A DNA stretch of 64,000 nucleotides from a bacterium (GCA_026129405.1 JAHCID010000003.1:59257-123256), one strand, 5' to 3'. Shown: positions 49,354-58,838, numbered from the stretch's first letter. A program made the numbers and translations. The notes: a model not told the origin generated them from the letters alone.

Positions 49354-51216
49354 CTACTCGACGTACCCGAGCGTCTTCAGCTTCTGGCGCAGGGCCGGGT
49401 CGGCGGCGCGGTCGGCGCGCGGCGGCGGCGGGGCGGTGGCGGCGTAGGTGGCGAGGGCCTCGCCGAGGGCGGCGCCCTGCGGCGCCTGCGGCTGGTCGTG
49501 TCGCTCCCCCGGGTCGGCGGCGAGATCGTAGAGCTCGCGGCGCGGGAGCGAGGGCGCGTCGATCAGCTTCCAGCGGTTCGTGCGCAGCGCCACGAGCGGC
49601 ATCGGCTTGCGGTCGGGGCCGACCGCGGTCGAGGTCTCGCTGACGGCGCTGCGCATCGGCACCGCGGCGAGGAGGTTCGCGCCGGGGAGGTCCTCGGGCG
49701 TCTCGAGCCCGAGGCGCTCGGCGACGGTGGGCAGGAGATCGATGCCCTGCGCGGCGGAGGTGACGCGCCCGGGTGCCACGCCCGGCCCGGCGATGACCAG
49801 CGGCACGCGGATCGACTCCTCGTAGAGCTGGGTGCCGTGCTTCAGGCGCCCGTGCTCCTGGAACTCCTCGCCGTGATCGGCCGTGACGATGACGACGGTG
49901 CGGTCGGCGAGGCCGAGCGCGTCGAGGCCGGCGAGCAGCCGCCCGAAGGCGGCGTCCCACTCGGCGACCTCGGCGGCGTAGAGCTTCCGTACCCACGCCA
50001 GCTCGGGCGGCGTCAGGCCCGGGGCGCCCTTGTAGGTGATCCTGGTGGCGAGGTCGGTCACCCAGCCGCGCGCGACCTCGGGGCGCACGTCGGCCGGCGC
50101 CGGGGGCGGATTCGCCGGCGTGTAGGGATCGTGCGGCTCCATGAAGTGGACGTAGCCGAAGAAGCGCAGGTCGCGGTGCGCGCCGAGCCAGTCGAGGGCG
50201 GCGGCGTTGACGGTGGCGGCCGCCGGCCAGTTCCGCGCCTTCGGGTCCCAGCCGTACTCGACGAAGGTCTCGAACCCCTGCGCCAGGTTCGTGCCGCGGG
50301 TGACGAGCGGGTTGCTGGAGACGCCGAAGGTGGTGATGCCGGCCTGCGCGGCCAGCTCGGCGAGCGTCGTCACGCGGTCGGAGAGGAAGCCCCAGCGGCC
50401 GTCGTCCTGGCCGCCGCCGATGGCGCCGGTGGCGCCGTGGCTGCGCGGGTGGAGTCCGGTGAACAGCGTCGCGATCGACGGCAGCGTCCAGCACGATTGT
50501 GCGACCGCCTGCTCGAAGACGAGCCCGCGGGCGGCGAAGACGTCGAGGTTCGGCGTCGGGCTCGGGCTCGCGCCGAGGACGCCGACGTGGTCGGCGCGCA
50601 GCGTGTCGACCAGGACGACGAGGACGTTGGGACGCTCCGCCGACGCCGGCTGGCGCGGCACCGCGTCGCGCCGCACGACCCGTACCATGCCGAAGCCCGG
50701 GGTGCCGGCGAGCGGCGCCGAGGGATCCGTCGCCTCGGTGGCGAGCTCGATCTCGGCGGTGCGCGCGGCGGGGCCGAGCGCGACCTCGACGTCGAACCAG
50801 CGCCGATCGTGCCGCGTCGCGGCGGGATCGACGACCTGCGACCAGGCCTCGCGCCCGTCGACCCGGGCGCGGAAGCGCACGCCGCTCTTCTCCGCGTCCT
50901 TCTGGCCGTCGCCCGCGACCGCCACCGCGAAGCGCAGCGTGGCGTGCGCCGGCACGGCGAGCCGCCAGCGCAGGCGCGTTCCCGGCCAGGCGACCAGGCT
51001 CGGGCGCTGCCCGCCGCCCTCGCGCAGGCGGCTCCCCGGCTCGAGCTGCGCCGGCACGACGGGGTGCGTGGGGTCCTGCGCGACGACGACCTCGGGGCCG
51101 ATCTGGTCGGAGAGCTCCGCGACGGTGTGCTCGACGGCGATGGTCTCTGGCAGCGCCTGCGGATCGCGCCCGCAGGCCGCGAGCAGGACGAGAAGGGCGA
51201 CGAGGACGTGCGTCAT
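49354..51216 (-). CDS. sulfatase-like (alkaline-phosphatase superfamily) lipoprotein, paralog 1; Thr at the formylglycine position; N-terminal roughly 190-aa extra domain
   Basis: Lipobox LLAACG. Catalytic-domain segments (NVLVVLVDTLRADH; QSCWTLPSIATLFTGLHPRSHG; VIVTADHGEEFQEHGRLKHG). The canonical C-x-P-x-R is replaced by T-L-P-S-I. Ends ...LKTLGYVE. The ATG overlaps the paralog-2 stop (ATGA). Confidence 0.75.
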   Translation of the reverse strand: MTHVLVALLVLLAACGRDPQALPETIAVEHTVAELSDQIGPEVVVAQDPTHPVVPAQLEPGSRLREGGGQRPSLVAWPGTRLRWRLAVPAHATLRFAVAVAGDGQKDAEKSGVRFRARVDGREAWSQVVDPAATRHDRRWFDVEVALGPAARTAEIELATEATDPSAPLAGTPGFGMVRVVRRDAVPRQPASAERPNVLVVLVDTLRADHVGVLGASPSPTPNLDVFAARGLVFEQAVAQSCWTLPSIATLFTGLHPRSHGATGAIGGGQDDGRWGFLSDRVTTLAELAAQAGITTFGVSSNPLVTRGTNLAQGFETFVEYGWDPKARNWPAAATVNAAALDWLGAHRDLRFFGYVHFMEPHDPYTPANPPPAPADVRPEVARGWVTDLATRITYKGAPGLTPPELAWVRKLYAAEVAEWDAAFGRLLAGLDALGLADRTVVIVTADHGEEFQEHGRLKHGTQLYEESIRVPLVIAGPGVAPGRVTSAAQGIDLLPTVAERLGLETPEDLPGANLLAAVPMRSAVSETSTAVGPDRKPMPLVALRTNRWKLIDAPSLPRRELYDLAADPGERHDQPQAPQGAALGEALATYAATAPPPPRADRAADPALRQKLKTLGYVE

Positions 51217-53040
51217 TCGACGTATCCGAGCGCCCGCAGGCGATCGCCGAGGCCGTCGGCGCGGGCCGCGGTCGGGGGTGGGGGCGCCGTGCGGCGCCAG
51301 GCGTCGAGCGCCTCGCCGAGCCGGCGGGCCTCCTCGGGCGCGCTCGCGAAGCGGTCGATCTGCTCGCCCGGATCGGCGCGGAGATCGAAGAGCTCGAAGC
51401 GGTCGAGCTGGGGCGCGTGGATCAGCTTCCAGCCGTCGTGGCGGACGGCGACCAGATCGACGAGGGTGCCGCCGGGTCCGTGGGCGAGGCTGGTTTCGGA
51501 GACGATGGGCACCTCGGCGAGCGGAGCCAGCAGATCGCGTCCCGGGAGCGCCGCCGGCGGCTCGAGCCCGAGGAGGCGGGCGAGCGTCGGGTAGAGATCG
51601 ATGCCCTGCACCGGCACGAGGACGCGGCCGGGAGCGATGCCGGGGCCGGCGAGGACGAGCGGGACGCGCACGAGCTCGTCGTAGAGGCTGACGGCGTGCT
51701 TCAGGTGCCCGTGCTCCTGGAACGCCTCGCCGTGATCGGCGGTGACGACGATCACCGTCGACTCGCGCAGGCCGAGCGCGTCCAGCCCGGCCAGCAGCGT
51801 GGCGAGCCCGCGATCGAAGGCGGCGACCTCGCGGTCGTAGAGGGTCTGCAGGTGCGCGAGCTCGCCCGCCGCGAGCGGCGGCGCCTCGCCGCGGTTCACC
51901 TTGCGGCCGAGGACGTCGATGCGTCCGTCGGCGACGGCGGGCCGCACGCCGGCGGGCGGTACGGCGGGATCGGGCGGCGTGTAGGGATCGTGCGGCTCCA
52001 TGTACTGCACCCAGGCGAAGAAGCGGTGGCCGCCCTGGCGGGCGAGCCAGCCGAGGAGCGCGGCGTCGAGCGCCGGCGCCGACTCCCAGCCGGTGCGGCC
52101 GCCCACCCAGCCGAGCTCGACGAACTCCTCGAAGCCCTGTGCGAGATTCGTTCCGCGCGTGACGACCGGGTTGGCCGACACCGCGAAGGTGCCGATGCCC
52201 GCCTGCGCCGCCAGCTCGGGCAGGGTCACGAACGCGTCGGGCAGGGCCCGCCCGGTGCCGTCGTCGCCGCCGCCGACGCCGTGGCTGCGCGGGTGCACGC
52301 CGGTGAGCATCGACGCCACCGAGGGCAGCGTCCACGACGCCTGCGCGATCGCCTCGGTGAAGCGCAGCCCGCGGGCGGCGAGCGCGTCGAGCACCGGCGT
52401 CAGGCCGCTGCCCGGCCGGAGGCGGTCGGCGCGCAGGGTGTCGACGAGCAGCACGAGGACGCTCGGCTGCTGCGGCGACGCGGTCTGGCGCGGCGCCGTG
52501 CGGGTGCGGACCAGGCGGGCGTCGGCGATGCCGGCACGGCCGGCGAGCGGCGCGCCGGCGTCCTCCGCCGTGGTCTCGACGACCAGCTCGATCGGCTCCG
52601 CGCTGGCGGGCAGGGGCACGCGCAGCTCGAGCCAGCCGCGGTCGTCGCGCCGGGCCTGCGGGATTCACCGTGCGCGCGGCGAGCGTGCGGCCCGCGGCGG
52701 AGACGGCGAAGGCACGCCGCCACGGGCGGCGTCGCGGCGCGTGGCGCCGGCGACGGTGAGGCCGAGCACCAGCGCGGCGTCGGCGGACGGCGACGCGGGC
52801 CGCGAGCCGGAGTGCCGGGCGGGGTGGGGATGGCGCGGCGGGTGCCGCCGCCGTGGCGCATCGGCGGCAGCGGCCGTGGGCCTCGCGCGGCCGCTCGCCG
52901 CCGAGCGCCGGCTCGAGGTCGGCCACGATCTCGTCGATGCGTACCGTGTCGGGCAGCGGCGCCGGGCCCGCGCGTGCGCCAGGCGAGGGCCGCGCCGGCG
53001 ACGGCGAGGACGGCGAGCGCGACCAGCGTGCGCGCCCTCA
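51213..53040 (-). pseudogene. sulfatase-like paralog 2; catalytic domain intact in ORF 51213..52619 but signal peptide and N-terminal domain lie in two other frames
   Basis: Catalytic part PSVLVLLVDTLRADR...QASWTLPSVASMLTGVHPRSHG...VTADHGEAFQEHGHLKHA...RALGYVE. The signal peptide VRARTLVALAVLAVAGAALA (GTG at 53040, overlapping the paralog-3 stop) is in another frame. The N-domain (...VADLEPALGGERP...RAFAVSAAG...) is in a third. Confidence 0.45.
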
Positions 53041-54681
53041 CTCGACGTACCCCAGGGCGCGGAGCTGGCGCATCACGTCGGGCGGTGGCGCCACGCCCGC
53101 GCCCTCCGGGCCGAGCCTCGCCGCCAGCCGCGCGCACTCCGCCTGCCAGCGATCGAGCTCGGCGCGCAGGCGCGCCACCAGCGCCGGGTCGGCCGCGGCG
53201 CGATCGACGCGCTCGCCCGGATCGGCGGCGAGGTCGAAGAGCTGCATGTGGTCGCCGAGCAGGAGCAGCGTGTGGCCGTCGAGGCGCAGGCTCTGGAAGC
53301 GCGGCGTGCGGTGGGGCGGGCCGTGCTCGCTCACCACCGGCTGCGGCGGCAGCGGCGCGCCGCGCAGCAGCGGGACCAGGCTGCGCCCCTGGACGTAGGC
53401 GGGCGCCGGCACGCCGACGAGGTCGAGGATCGTGGGCGTGAGGTCGAGGAGGCGCACCGGGGCATCGATGCGCAGGCCCGCCGGCAGGCGGCCCGGCCAG
53501 CGCAGCACGAGCGGCACGTGGAGCGTGTGGCGCCAGAGGTCGTCGTGCAGGAAGGCGCCGTGCTCGGCGAACGCCTCGCCGTGGTCGGAGGTGAAGACGA
53601 CGAGCGTCTCGCGCCGGGGATCGCGCGCCGCGAGGTCGGCGAGCAGACGCGCGAGCGTCAGGTCGTCCATGTGGCGGATGCCGGCCTCGTAGAGGCGGTG
53701 CACGAACGCGACCGCGCGCGGGTCGGTGGGGTCGACGTCCTTCCAGAAGAGCGCGTGCGCCTGCTCCCAGTTCTCGGCGCCGCGGCGGATGGCGCGCACG
53801 GCGTCGAGGATGGGGCCGCGATAGTCGGGGTCGAACTGGTCGATCCAGCCGGGGGGCGGCGTGTAGGGATCGTGGATCTCGAAGCTGTGGAAGAAGAGGA
53901 AGACCGGCCGGCGCCCGCCGGCATTGCCGGCGATCCAGCGCTGGGCGCGGGCTAGAGGCTTCGTGTGCCGGTAGACCTCGAAGCCGTGCTCGAAGCCGCG
54001 CGAGGCGTGCATCGGGCCGCCGTCGGTGAAGGCGACGGTGCGCCAGCCGGCGTTGCGCAGCAGCTCGGCGAGCGTGTGCAGGCGCGGGTTCAGCACCGGC
54101 TCGGCGGTGGCGCCTTCCCACATGGTGACGCCGTGCACGGCCGGGTAGACGCCGGTCAGCATCGTCATGTGCGACGGCGTCGTCTTCGGCGCCTGGCTGA
54201 GGACGTCGCTGAAGAGCACGCCCTCGGCGGCGAGGCGGGCGTCGAAGGTCGGGCTGGTCGGCCGCGGATTGCCGTACGCCCCGAGGCCGTCGGCGCGCAG
54301 CGTGTCGATCGAGACGAGGACGACGTTCGGTCCGTCCGGCACCGGCGGCACGATCGCGGCGGCGGCGCGCAGCAGCGCCGCGACCGCAGCACCGCGACCG
54401 CGCGCCGCCGCTCGCGGCGGGCGCCGGGCGCGGCCGCGCCACCAGCGCCAGGCCAGCGCGAGCACGACGAGCACGCCGGCGCAGGCCGGCGCGAGGCGGT
54501 CGAACCACCACACGCCGGCGTCGAGCGTGAGCCAGCGCAGCCCGTCGCTCCACCAGGCGCCGCGCTCGGCGGCGCGCGCCGCCGCGGCGCCGGCGAGCGG
54601 CAGCGCGAGCACGACGCCGGCCGCGGCGGGACGGAGGAGGCCGCGCAGCAGGCCGCGGGACGACGCGCGCGGCCGGCTCAC
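53038..54681 (-). CDS. sulfatase-like paralog 3 with two N-terminal TM helices; Thr at formylglycine position
   Basis: GTG at 54681 after ggaggg. TM helices (GVVLALPLAGAAAA; CAGVLVVLALAW). Catalytic segments NVVLVSIDTLRADG, SQAPKTTPSHMTMLTGVYPAVHG, VVFTSDHGEAFAEHGAFLHD. Ends ...LRALGYVE. Confidence 0.7.
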   Translation of the reverse strand: MSRPRASSRGLLRGLLRPAAAGVVLALPLAGAAAARAAERGAWWSDGLRWLTLDAGVWWFDRLAPACAGVLVVLALAWRWWRGRARRPPRAAARGRGAAVAALLRAAAAIVPPVPDGPNVVLVSIDTLRADGLGAYGNPRPTSPTFDARLAAEGVLFSDVLSQAPKTTPSHMTMLTGVYPAVHGVTMWEGATAEPVLNPRLHTLAELLRNAGWRTVAFTDGGPMHASRGFEHGFEVYRHTKPLARAQRWIAGNAGGRRPVFLFFHSFEIHDPYTPPPGWIDQFDPDYRGPILDAVRAIRRGAENWEQAHALFWKDVDPTDPRAVAFVHRLYEAGIRHMDDLTLARLLADLAARDPRRETLVVFTSDHGEAFAEHGAFLHDDLWRHTLHVPLVLRWPGRLPAGLRIDAPVRLLDLTPTILDLVGVPAPAYVQGRSLVPLLRGAPLPPQPVVSEHGPPHRTPRFQSLRLDGHTLLLLGDHMQLFDLAADPGERVDRAAADPALVARLRAELDRWQAECARLAARLGPEGAGVAPPPDVMRQLRALGYVE

Positions 54682-55598
54682 CCCGCCGCCCTCCTCCGCA
54701 GCGCGCGCACGAGCGGCGCGGGCAGGACGAGCGCCGCCCACGCGGCCAGCGCAGCCGTTGCCGAGGGCGCTGCCCGGATGCTCGCGCAGCGCCCGCGCCG
54801 CCAGCCGCGGCCGGCGCCGCGCGCGGGCTCGGCGGCCGCGGCCCACCAGAGATGCCGTGCGCGCACGGCGGCGCGGCCGATGCCGGCGGCGCGGGCCGTG
54901 GTCGGATCCGCCCAGTGCTTGTCGATCACGGCGAGGGCGCTGGCGAGGACGCGCGCGCGCGGCGTGTTCGCGTCGTGGATGCGGTAGCACACCAGATCCT
55001 CGTCGACGCCGACGACGGCGCGCCCGCGTGCGAGGCGCAGCCAGAGGTCCCAGTCCTCGCAGCCGAGGACGGGGAGCGTGGCGTCGAAGCCGGCGAGCGC
55101 CTCCACGAGGGCGCGCGGGGCGACGACGGAGGCGAGGATCAGCACGTTGCCGCGCGCCAGCTCGGCGAAGGCGTCGCCGGCGAGCGGACGCGGCGGCTTG
55201 TGCTCCGGCAGCGGCCGGCCGGCGGCATCGACGAAGCGCGCCCGCGTCCAGCAGAGCGCGGCGCCGGGGACGCGCTCCAGCGCCGCCAGCTGCCGCTCCA
55301 GCTTCGCCGGCAACCAGGTGTCGTCGGCGTCGAGGAACGCGAGCCACGGCGCGCGCGCGGCGGCGACGCCGCGATTGCGGGCGCCGGCGCGCTCCAGACG
55401 CGGCCCCGGCAGGTGGCGCACGCGCGCGTCGGCGGCGGCGTGGCGTGCGACGATGGTGGGCGTGTCGTCGGTGGAGCCGTCGTCGATCACCAGCAGCTCC
55501 CAGTCGGGACGCGTCTGCGCGCGCACGCTGGCGATGGTCTCGTCGAGCCAGCGGCCGCCGTCGTGCGTCGCGAGGACGACGCTCACCGCCGGCGTCAC
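54678..55598 (-). CDS. glycosyltransferase family 2 (GT-A fold)
   Basis: VSVVLATHDGGRWLDETIASVRAQT...LLVIDDGSTDDT...LDADDTW...CEDWDLWLR. GTGA overlaps both neighbours. Confidence 0.75.
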   Translation of the reverse strand: MTPAVSVVLATHDGGRWLDETIASVRAQTRPDWELLVIDDGSTDDTPTIVARHAAADARVRHLPGPRLERAGARNRGVAAARAPWLAFLDADDTWLPAKLERQLAALERVPGAALCWTRARFVDAAGRPLPEHKPPRPLAGDAFAELARGNVLILASVVAPRALVEALAGFDATLPVLGCEDWDLWLRLARGRAVVGVDEDLVCYRIHDANTPRARVLASALAVIDKHWADPTTARAAGIGRAAVRARHLWWAAAAEPARGAGRGWRRGRCASIRAAPSATAALAAWAALVLPAPLVRALRRRAAG

Positions 55599-56428
55599 GG
55601 CCGCGGCCGTCCCGTGAGGCGGTCGCGCACGTCGAGGGCGAGGCGGACGAACGGGTTGCCGTAGACGCGGTCGAGGAGCGTCGAGACGGTGGCGAGCTCG
55701 GCGTGCACGCCGGCGACCGCGGCGGCGACGTGCTCGCGGTAGAGCGCCTCGTGCTTGTGGACGAGCCGGGTCACCAGGCCCGCGGTGCGCCCGCTCGCGC
55801 GCACGCCCGCCTCGCGGCTGTCGGGCCGGCGGTTGTACCAGCACAGCACCTCCGGGACGGCCTGGCCGCGCCAGCCGCGCGCCGCGGCGCGGATCCAGAA
55901 GTCCCAGTCCTCGCCGGTCTCGTGGAACGCGGGGTCGAAGCCGCCGACCTCCTCCCAGAGCTCGCGGCGGAAGAGGGTCGCGACGTGCACGGTGCAGCGC
56001 ACGAGGAGGTCCGGGATGGCGAAGGCGCCGGTGCGCCAGACGCCGCGATGCGCGCCCGTGAGGCCGACCCAGGGATGGACGACGCCGAGGCTCGGGTCGG
56101 CGGCGAGGACGGGGACGGTGCGCTCGAGGTAGCGGGGCTCGAGCCAGTCGTCGGCGTCGAGCGGCAGGATGAAGCGGCCGCGGGCCTCGGCGATGGCGCG
56201 GTTGCGGGCGGCGGACGGCCCCGCGTTCTCCTGGCGCACGAGACGCACGCCGGGCCCGGCCGCGGCGGCGTCGAGCCGGCGGCGGGTCTCGTCGCGACGC
56301 GAGCCGTCGTCGACGATGACGAGCTCGCGGTCGGCGAAGGTCTGGGCGGCGACGCTGCCGAGCGCGCGCGCGAGCGCGGGGCCGGGATCGAGCACCGGCA
56401 TGACGATCGACACGGTGGGCGCGCTCAC
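55595..56428 (-). CDS. glycosyltransferase family 2
   Basis: VSIVMPVLDPGPALARALGSVAAQTFADRELVIVDDGS...LDADDWL...GEDWDFWIR. The start is assigned to GTG 56428 (GTGA overlap with the upstream stop). An alternative upstream start at 56509 overlaps the neighbouring gene. Confidence 0.7.
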   Translation of the reverse strand: MSAPTVSIVMPVLDPGPALARALGSVAAQTFADRELVIVDDGSRRDETRRRLDAAAAGPGVRLVRQENAGPSAARNRAIAEARGRFILPLDADDWLEPRYLERTVPVLAADPSLGVVHPWVGLTGAHRGVWRTGAFAIPDLLVRCTVHVATLFRRELWEEVGGFDPAFHETGEDWDFWIRAAARGWRGQAVPEVLCWYNRRPDSREAGVRASGRTAGLVTRLVHKHEALYREHVAAAVAGVHAELATVSTLLDRVYGNPFVRLALDVRDRLTGRPRP

Positions 56429-57369
56429 GCCGCGCTCCGCAGCGCGCGCAGGCGCGGCATCGCGCGCAGCAGCCCGCGCAGGTAGCCCCATGCCTCGCGG
56501 CGGCGGCACTCGCGCGCGAAGCGGCCCGCGTCGATCGGCTCGCGCGGCGCGTACGGCAGGGTGAGGAAGCTCGCGCCGTAGAGCCAGCGCAGGCGCCAGA
56601 GCGCCCGCAGGACGCCGCGGTTGCGCAGGATGAAGACGGCGGCCGACTGTCCGCCGGTGCTGGCGCGGCGGAGCATCCAGGCCGGCGAGATGCGCTCGGG
56701 CAGCACGACGTGGTCGACGACCGCGTCGGGCAGGTAGAGGATCGTGCCGCCCGCGTGCTCGAGGCGGTAGCAGAGGTCGGTCTCGTCGTGCACGAGCTGA
56801 TGGCGGCCGCGTGGGCCGACGAGACGCGAGAAGCCCCCGCGCGCGCGGGCGGCGTCGGCACGGAAGGCGATGTTCGCGCCGTAGGGGTAGTCGGCCTGGC
56901 CGTAGCGGATCGGGTGGGCGGCGGGCCCCTGGTCGTAGGCGCTCAGCTGGCCGTGCAGCGTCGGATCGAGCCAGGCGGGCGCTGCGCCGGGAAAGCGGAG
57001 GACGATGCGGCCGCCGGCGGCGACGACGTCCGGGTCGTCGAACCCGGCGAGCAGGGCGGCGAGCCAGCCGGGCCGCGGGACGGCGTCGTCGTCGAGGTAG
57101 ACGACGACGGCGCCGCGTGCCTCGGCGAGGCCGCGGTTGCGCGCCGCGGAGAGGCCGAGCTCGGGCTCGTGGACGCTGCGTAGGCCGGCGCCGAGGCGGC
57201 GGCCGAGGTCGGCGAGGAGGGCCGGCGTGCCGTCGGTCGAGGCGTTGTCGACGACGAGCACCTCGGCGCCGAGCGCGCGCGCCTGTGCGTGGGCATGGGT
57301 GACGGCCGTCGCCAGCACGTCGGCGCGGTCGTGGGTGCAGACGACGACGGTGGCCCGGGGAACGCTCAT
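56425..57369 (-). CDS. glycosyltransferase family 2
   Basis: MSVPRATVVVCTHDRADVLATAVTHAHAQ...VLVVDNASTDGT...LDDDAVP...DETDLCYRL. ATGA overlap with the GT4 stop. Confidence 0.75.
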   Translation of the reverse strand: MSVPRATVVVCTHDRADVLATAVTHAHAQARALGAEVLVVDNASTDGTPALLADLGRRLGAGLRSVHEPELGLSAARNRGLAEARGAVVVYLDDDAVPRPGWLAALLAGFDDPDVVAAGGRIVLRFPGAAPAWLDPTLHGQLSAYDQGPAAHPIRYGQADYPYGANIAFRADAARARGGFSRLVGPRGRHQLVHDETDLCYRLEHAGGTILYLPDAVVDHVVLPERISPAWMLRRASTGGQSAAVFILRNRGVLRALWRLRWLYGASFLTLPYAPREPIDAGRFARECRRREAWGYLRGLLRAMPRLRALRSAA

Positions 57370-58685
57370 GCGGCGCGCAGACGGCGAAGGTGCCAGGCGA
57401 CGCCGCGCGCCGCCAGCAGCCCGAACCCGGCGCCGATGGCTGCCCAGCCGCGAAGCGACCCGATCGGGGCGGCGGTGCCGGCGTCGGGGCGGGCGCCGCG
57501 GGGCGGCTGCGCCAGCACGCGCTCGTAGATGGCGTCGTGCCCGGCGGCGACCGCGTCCCAGTCGAAACGCTCCTGGACCAGCTGGCGGCCGGCGTTGCCG
57601 AGCCGCAGCGCGAGGGCGGGATCGTCGAGGAGGCGCTGCGCGGCGCCGGCGACGTCGGCGCCGCCGTCGGCGATGGCGAGGTGCTTCCAGGACTCGGCGC
57701 CGAGGCCCTCGGCGCCGATCGTGGTCGTCACCAGCGGGCGGGCCATGGCGAGGGCCTCGAGCACCTTGCCGCGCATGCCGGTCCCGAAGCGCACGGGGGC
57801 GACGACGACGCGCGCGGTGGCGAGATGCGGGCGCAGATCGGCGACGCTGCCCAGCACCTCGACGCGGCCCTGCTGCGCGAGCCCGCCGACGGCGCGCTCG
57901 GCGTCGCGGCCGAGCACGCGCAGCGTGACCGAGCGGGCCATGCGCGGAAGCACGTCGCGCACCAGGAAGCGGACGGCGTCGGCGTTGGGCGGATGGCCGA
58001 AGTTGCCGACGAAGAGGAGGTCGGTGGTCGGTGTGCCGCGCACGGGCGACGGCCGGAACTCGGCGCAGTCGACCCCGACCGGGCTGACCGACAGCGCGAG
58101 CCCGGGGCGGAAGCGTCGCAGGCGGGCGGCGTCCTCGGGCGACATGGCGATCACGTGGTCGGCGGCGGCGACCGCGCGCAGCTCGAAGTCGAGCTCGCGC
58201 AGATAGCGGTGCAGGAGCACCGCGCCGAAGCGGGGAGGGCGTCCGAGCGCCCGCCACAGCGGCCCCTCCTGCGCGAACGCGATCTGGTGCACGGTGAGGA
58301 TCGTCGGCACCGGCGAGGGCGGCATCAGGTTGCCCATCTCGCTGTACTCGTACTGCACCAGATCGAAGGCGTCGGCCGCGAGGCGCGCCGCGATCGCGTC
58401 GCGCAGCGCCGGGTCCGCGAAGCCGCCGGCGACCGTCTGCGGCAGCAGCGCCCAGGGGTCGTCGGGCGCATAGGGCGTCTTCGCGATCCGGTGGACCGCC
58501 GCGAGCCCGGGCGGCAGCACGGCGTCGGCGGCGCCCGCGTCCTCGGGGTCGACGAACGCGAGCAGGGTCACGCGATGCCGGGTCGCGAGCCGCGCGAGCA
58601 GCGCCCAGAAACGCTCGCGCGCGGCCGAGACGCCACGCCGCGGGAGGTTGGGCGTCACCCAGAGGAGACGGAGTTCCCGGGGCAT
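57366..58685 (-). CDS. glycosyltransferase family 4 (GT-B, group 1), first gene of the operon
   Basis: C-terminal GT-B domain with the E-x7-E region (GTGMRGKVLEALAMARPLVTTTIGAEGL). Confidence 0.8.
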   Translation of the reverse strand: MPRELRLLWVTPNLPRRGVSAARERFWALLARLATRHRVTLLAFVDPEDAGAADAVLPPGLAAVHRIAKTPYAPDDPWALLPQTVAGGFADPALRDAIAARLAADAFDLVQYEYSEMGNLMPPSPVPTILTVHQIAFAQEGPLWRALGRPPRFGAVLLHRYLRELDFELRAVAAADHVIAMSPEDAARLRRFRPGLALSVSPVGVDCAEFRPSPVRGTPTTDLLFVGNFGHPPNADAVRFLVRDVLPRMARSVTLRVLGRDAERAVGGLAQQGRVEVLGSVADLRPHLATARVVVAPVRFGTGMRGKVLEALAMARPLVTTTIGAEGLGAESWKHLAIADGGADVAGAAQRLLDDPALALRLGNAGRQLVQERFDWDAVAAGHDAIYERVLAQPPRGARPDAGTAAPIGSLRGWAAIGAGFGLLAARGVAWHLRRLRAA

Positions 58686-58760
58686 CGGGCGCAGCGAAGG
58701 TAGCGGAGGGGCCCGAGGGCGGCAAACCGCGGGGCGCCGGCGCGGCCACGCTCGGGGCGG

Positions 58761-58776
58761 TGGGATGCCGGTTGCG
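58761..58776 (+). promoter_or_regulatory. sigma-54-like -24/-12 element (TGG-N10-GC: tgggatgccggttgcg) about 60 nt upstream of the GT-C gene
   Basis: Spacing between the GG and GC dinucleotides matches the TGGCAC-N5-TTGC consensus. Flanking bases fit only partially. Confidence 0.2.
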
Positions 58777-58838
58777 TGCGCGCGGCGCGGATACTAGATG
58801 CGCCTCGGCCGCGCGCCGCACGCGCGGCCGAGGGGTGC

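Noticed and set aside
49354-52926. 1190-aa ORF suggesting one giant sulfatase
   Set aside because: Only the C-terminal 620 aa (paralog 1) are real in this frame. The upstream part is an alternate-frame read-through of paralog 2. It does, however, contain the paralog-2 N-domain segment, which is what exposes that gene's frameshift.
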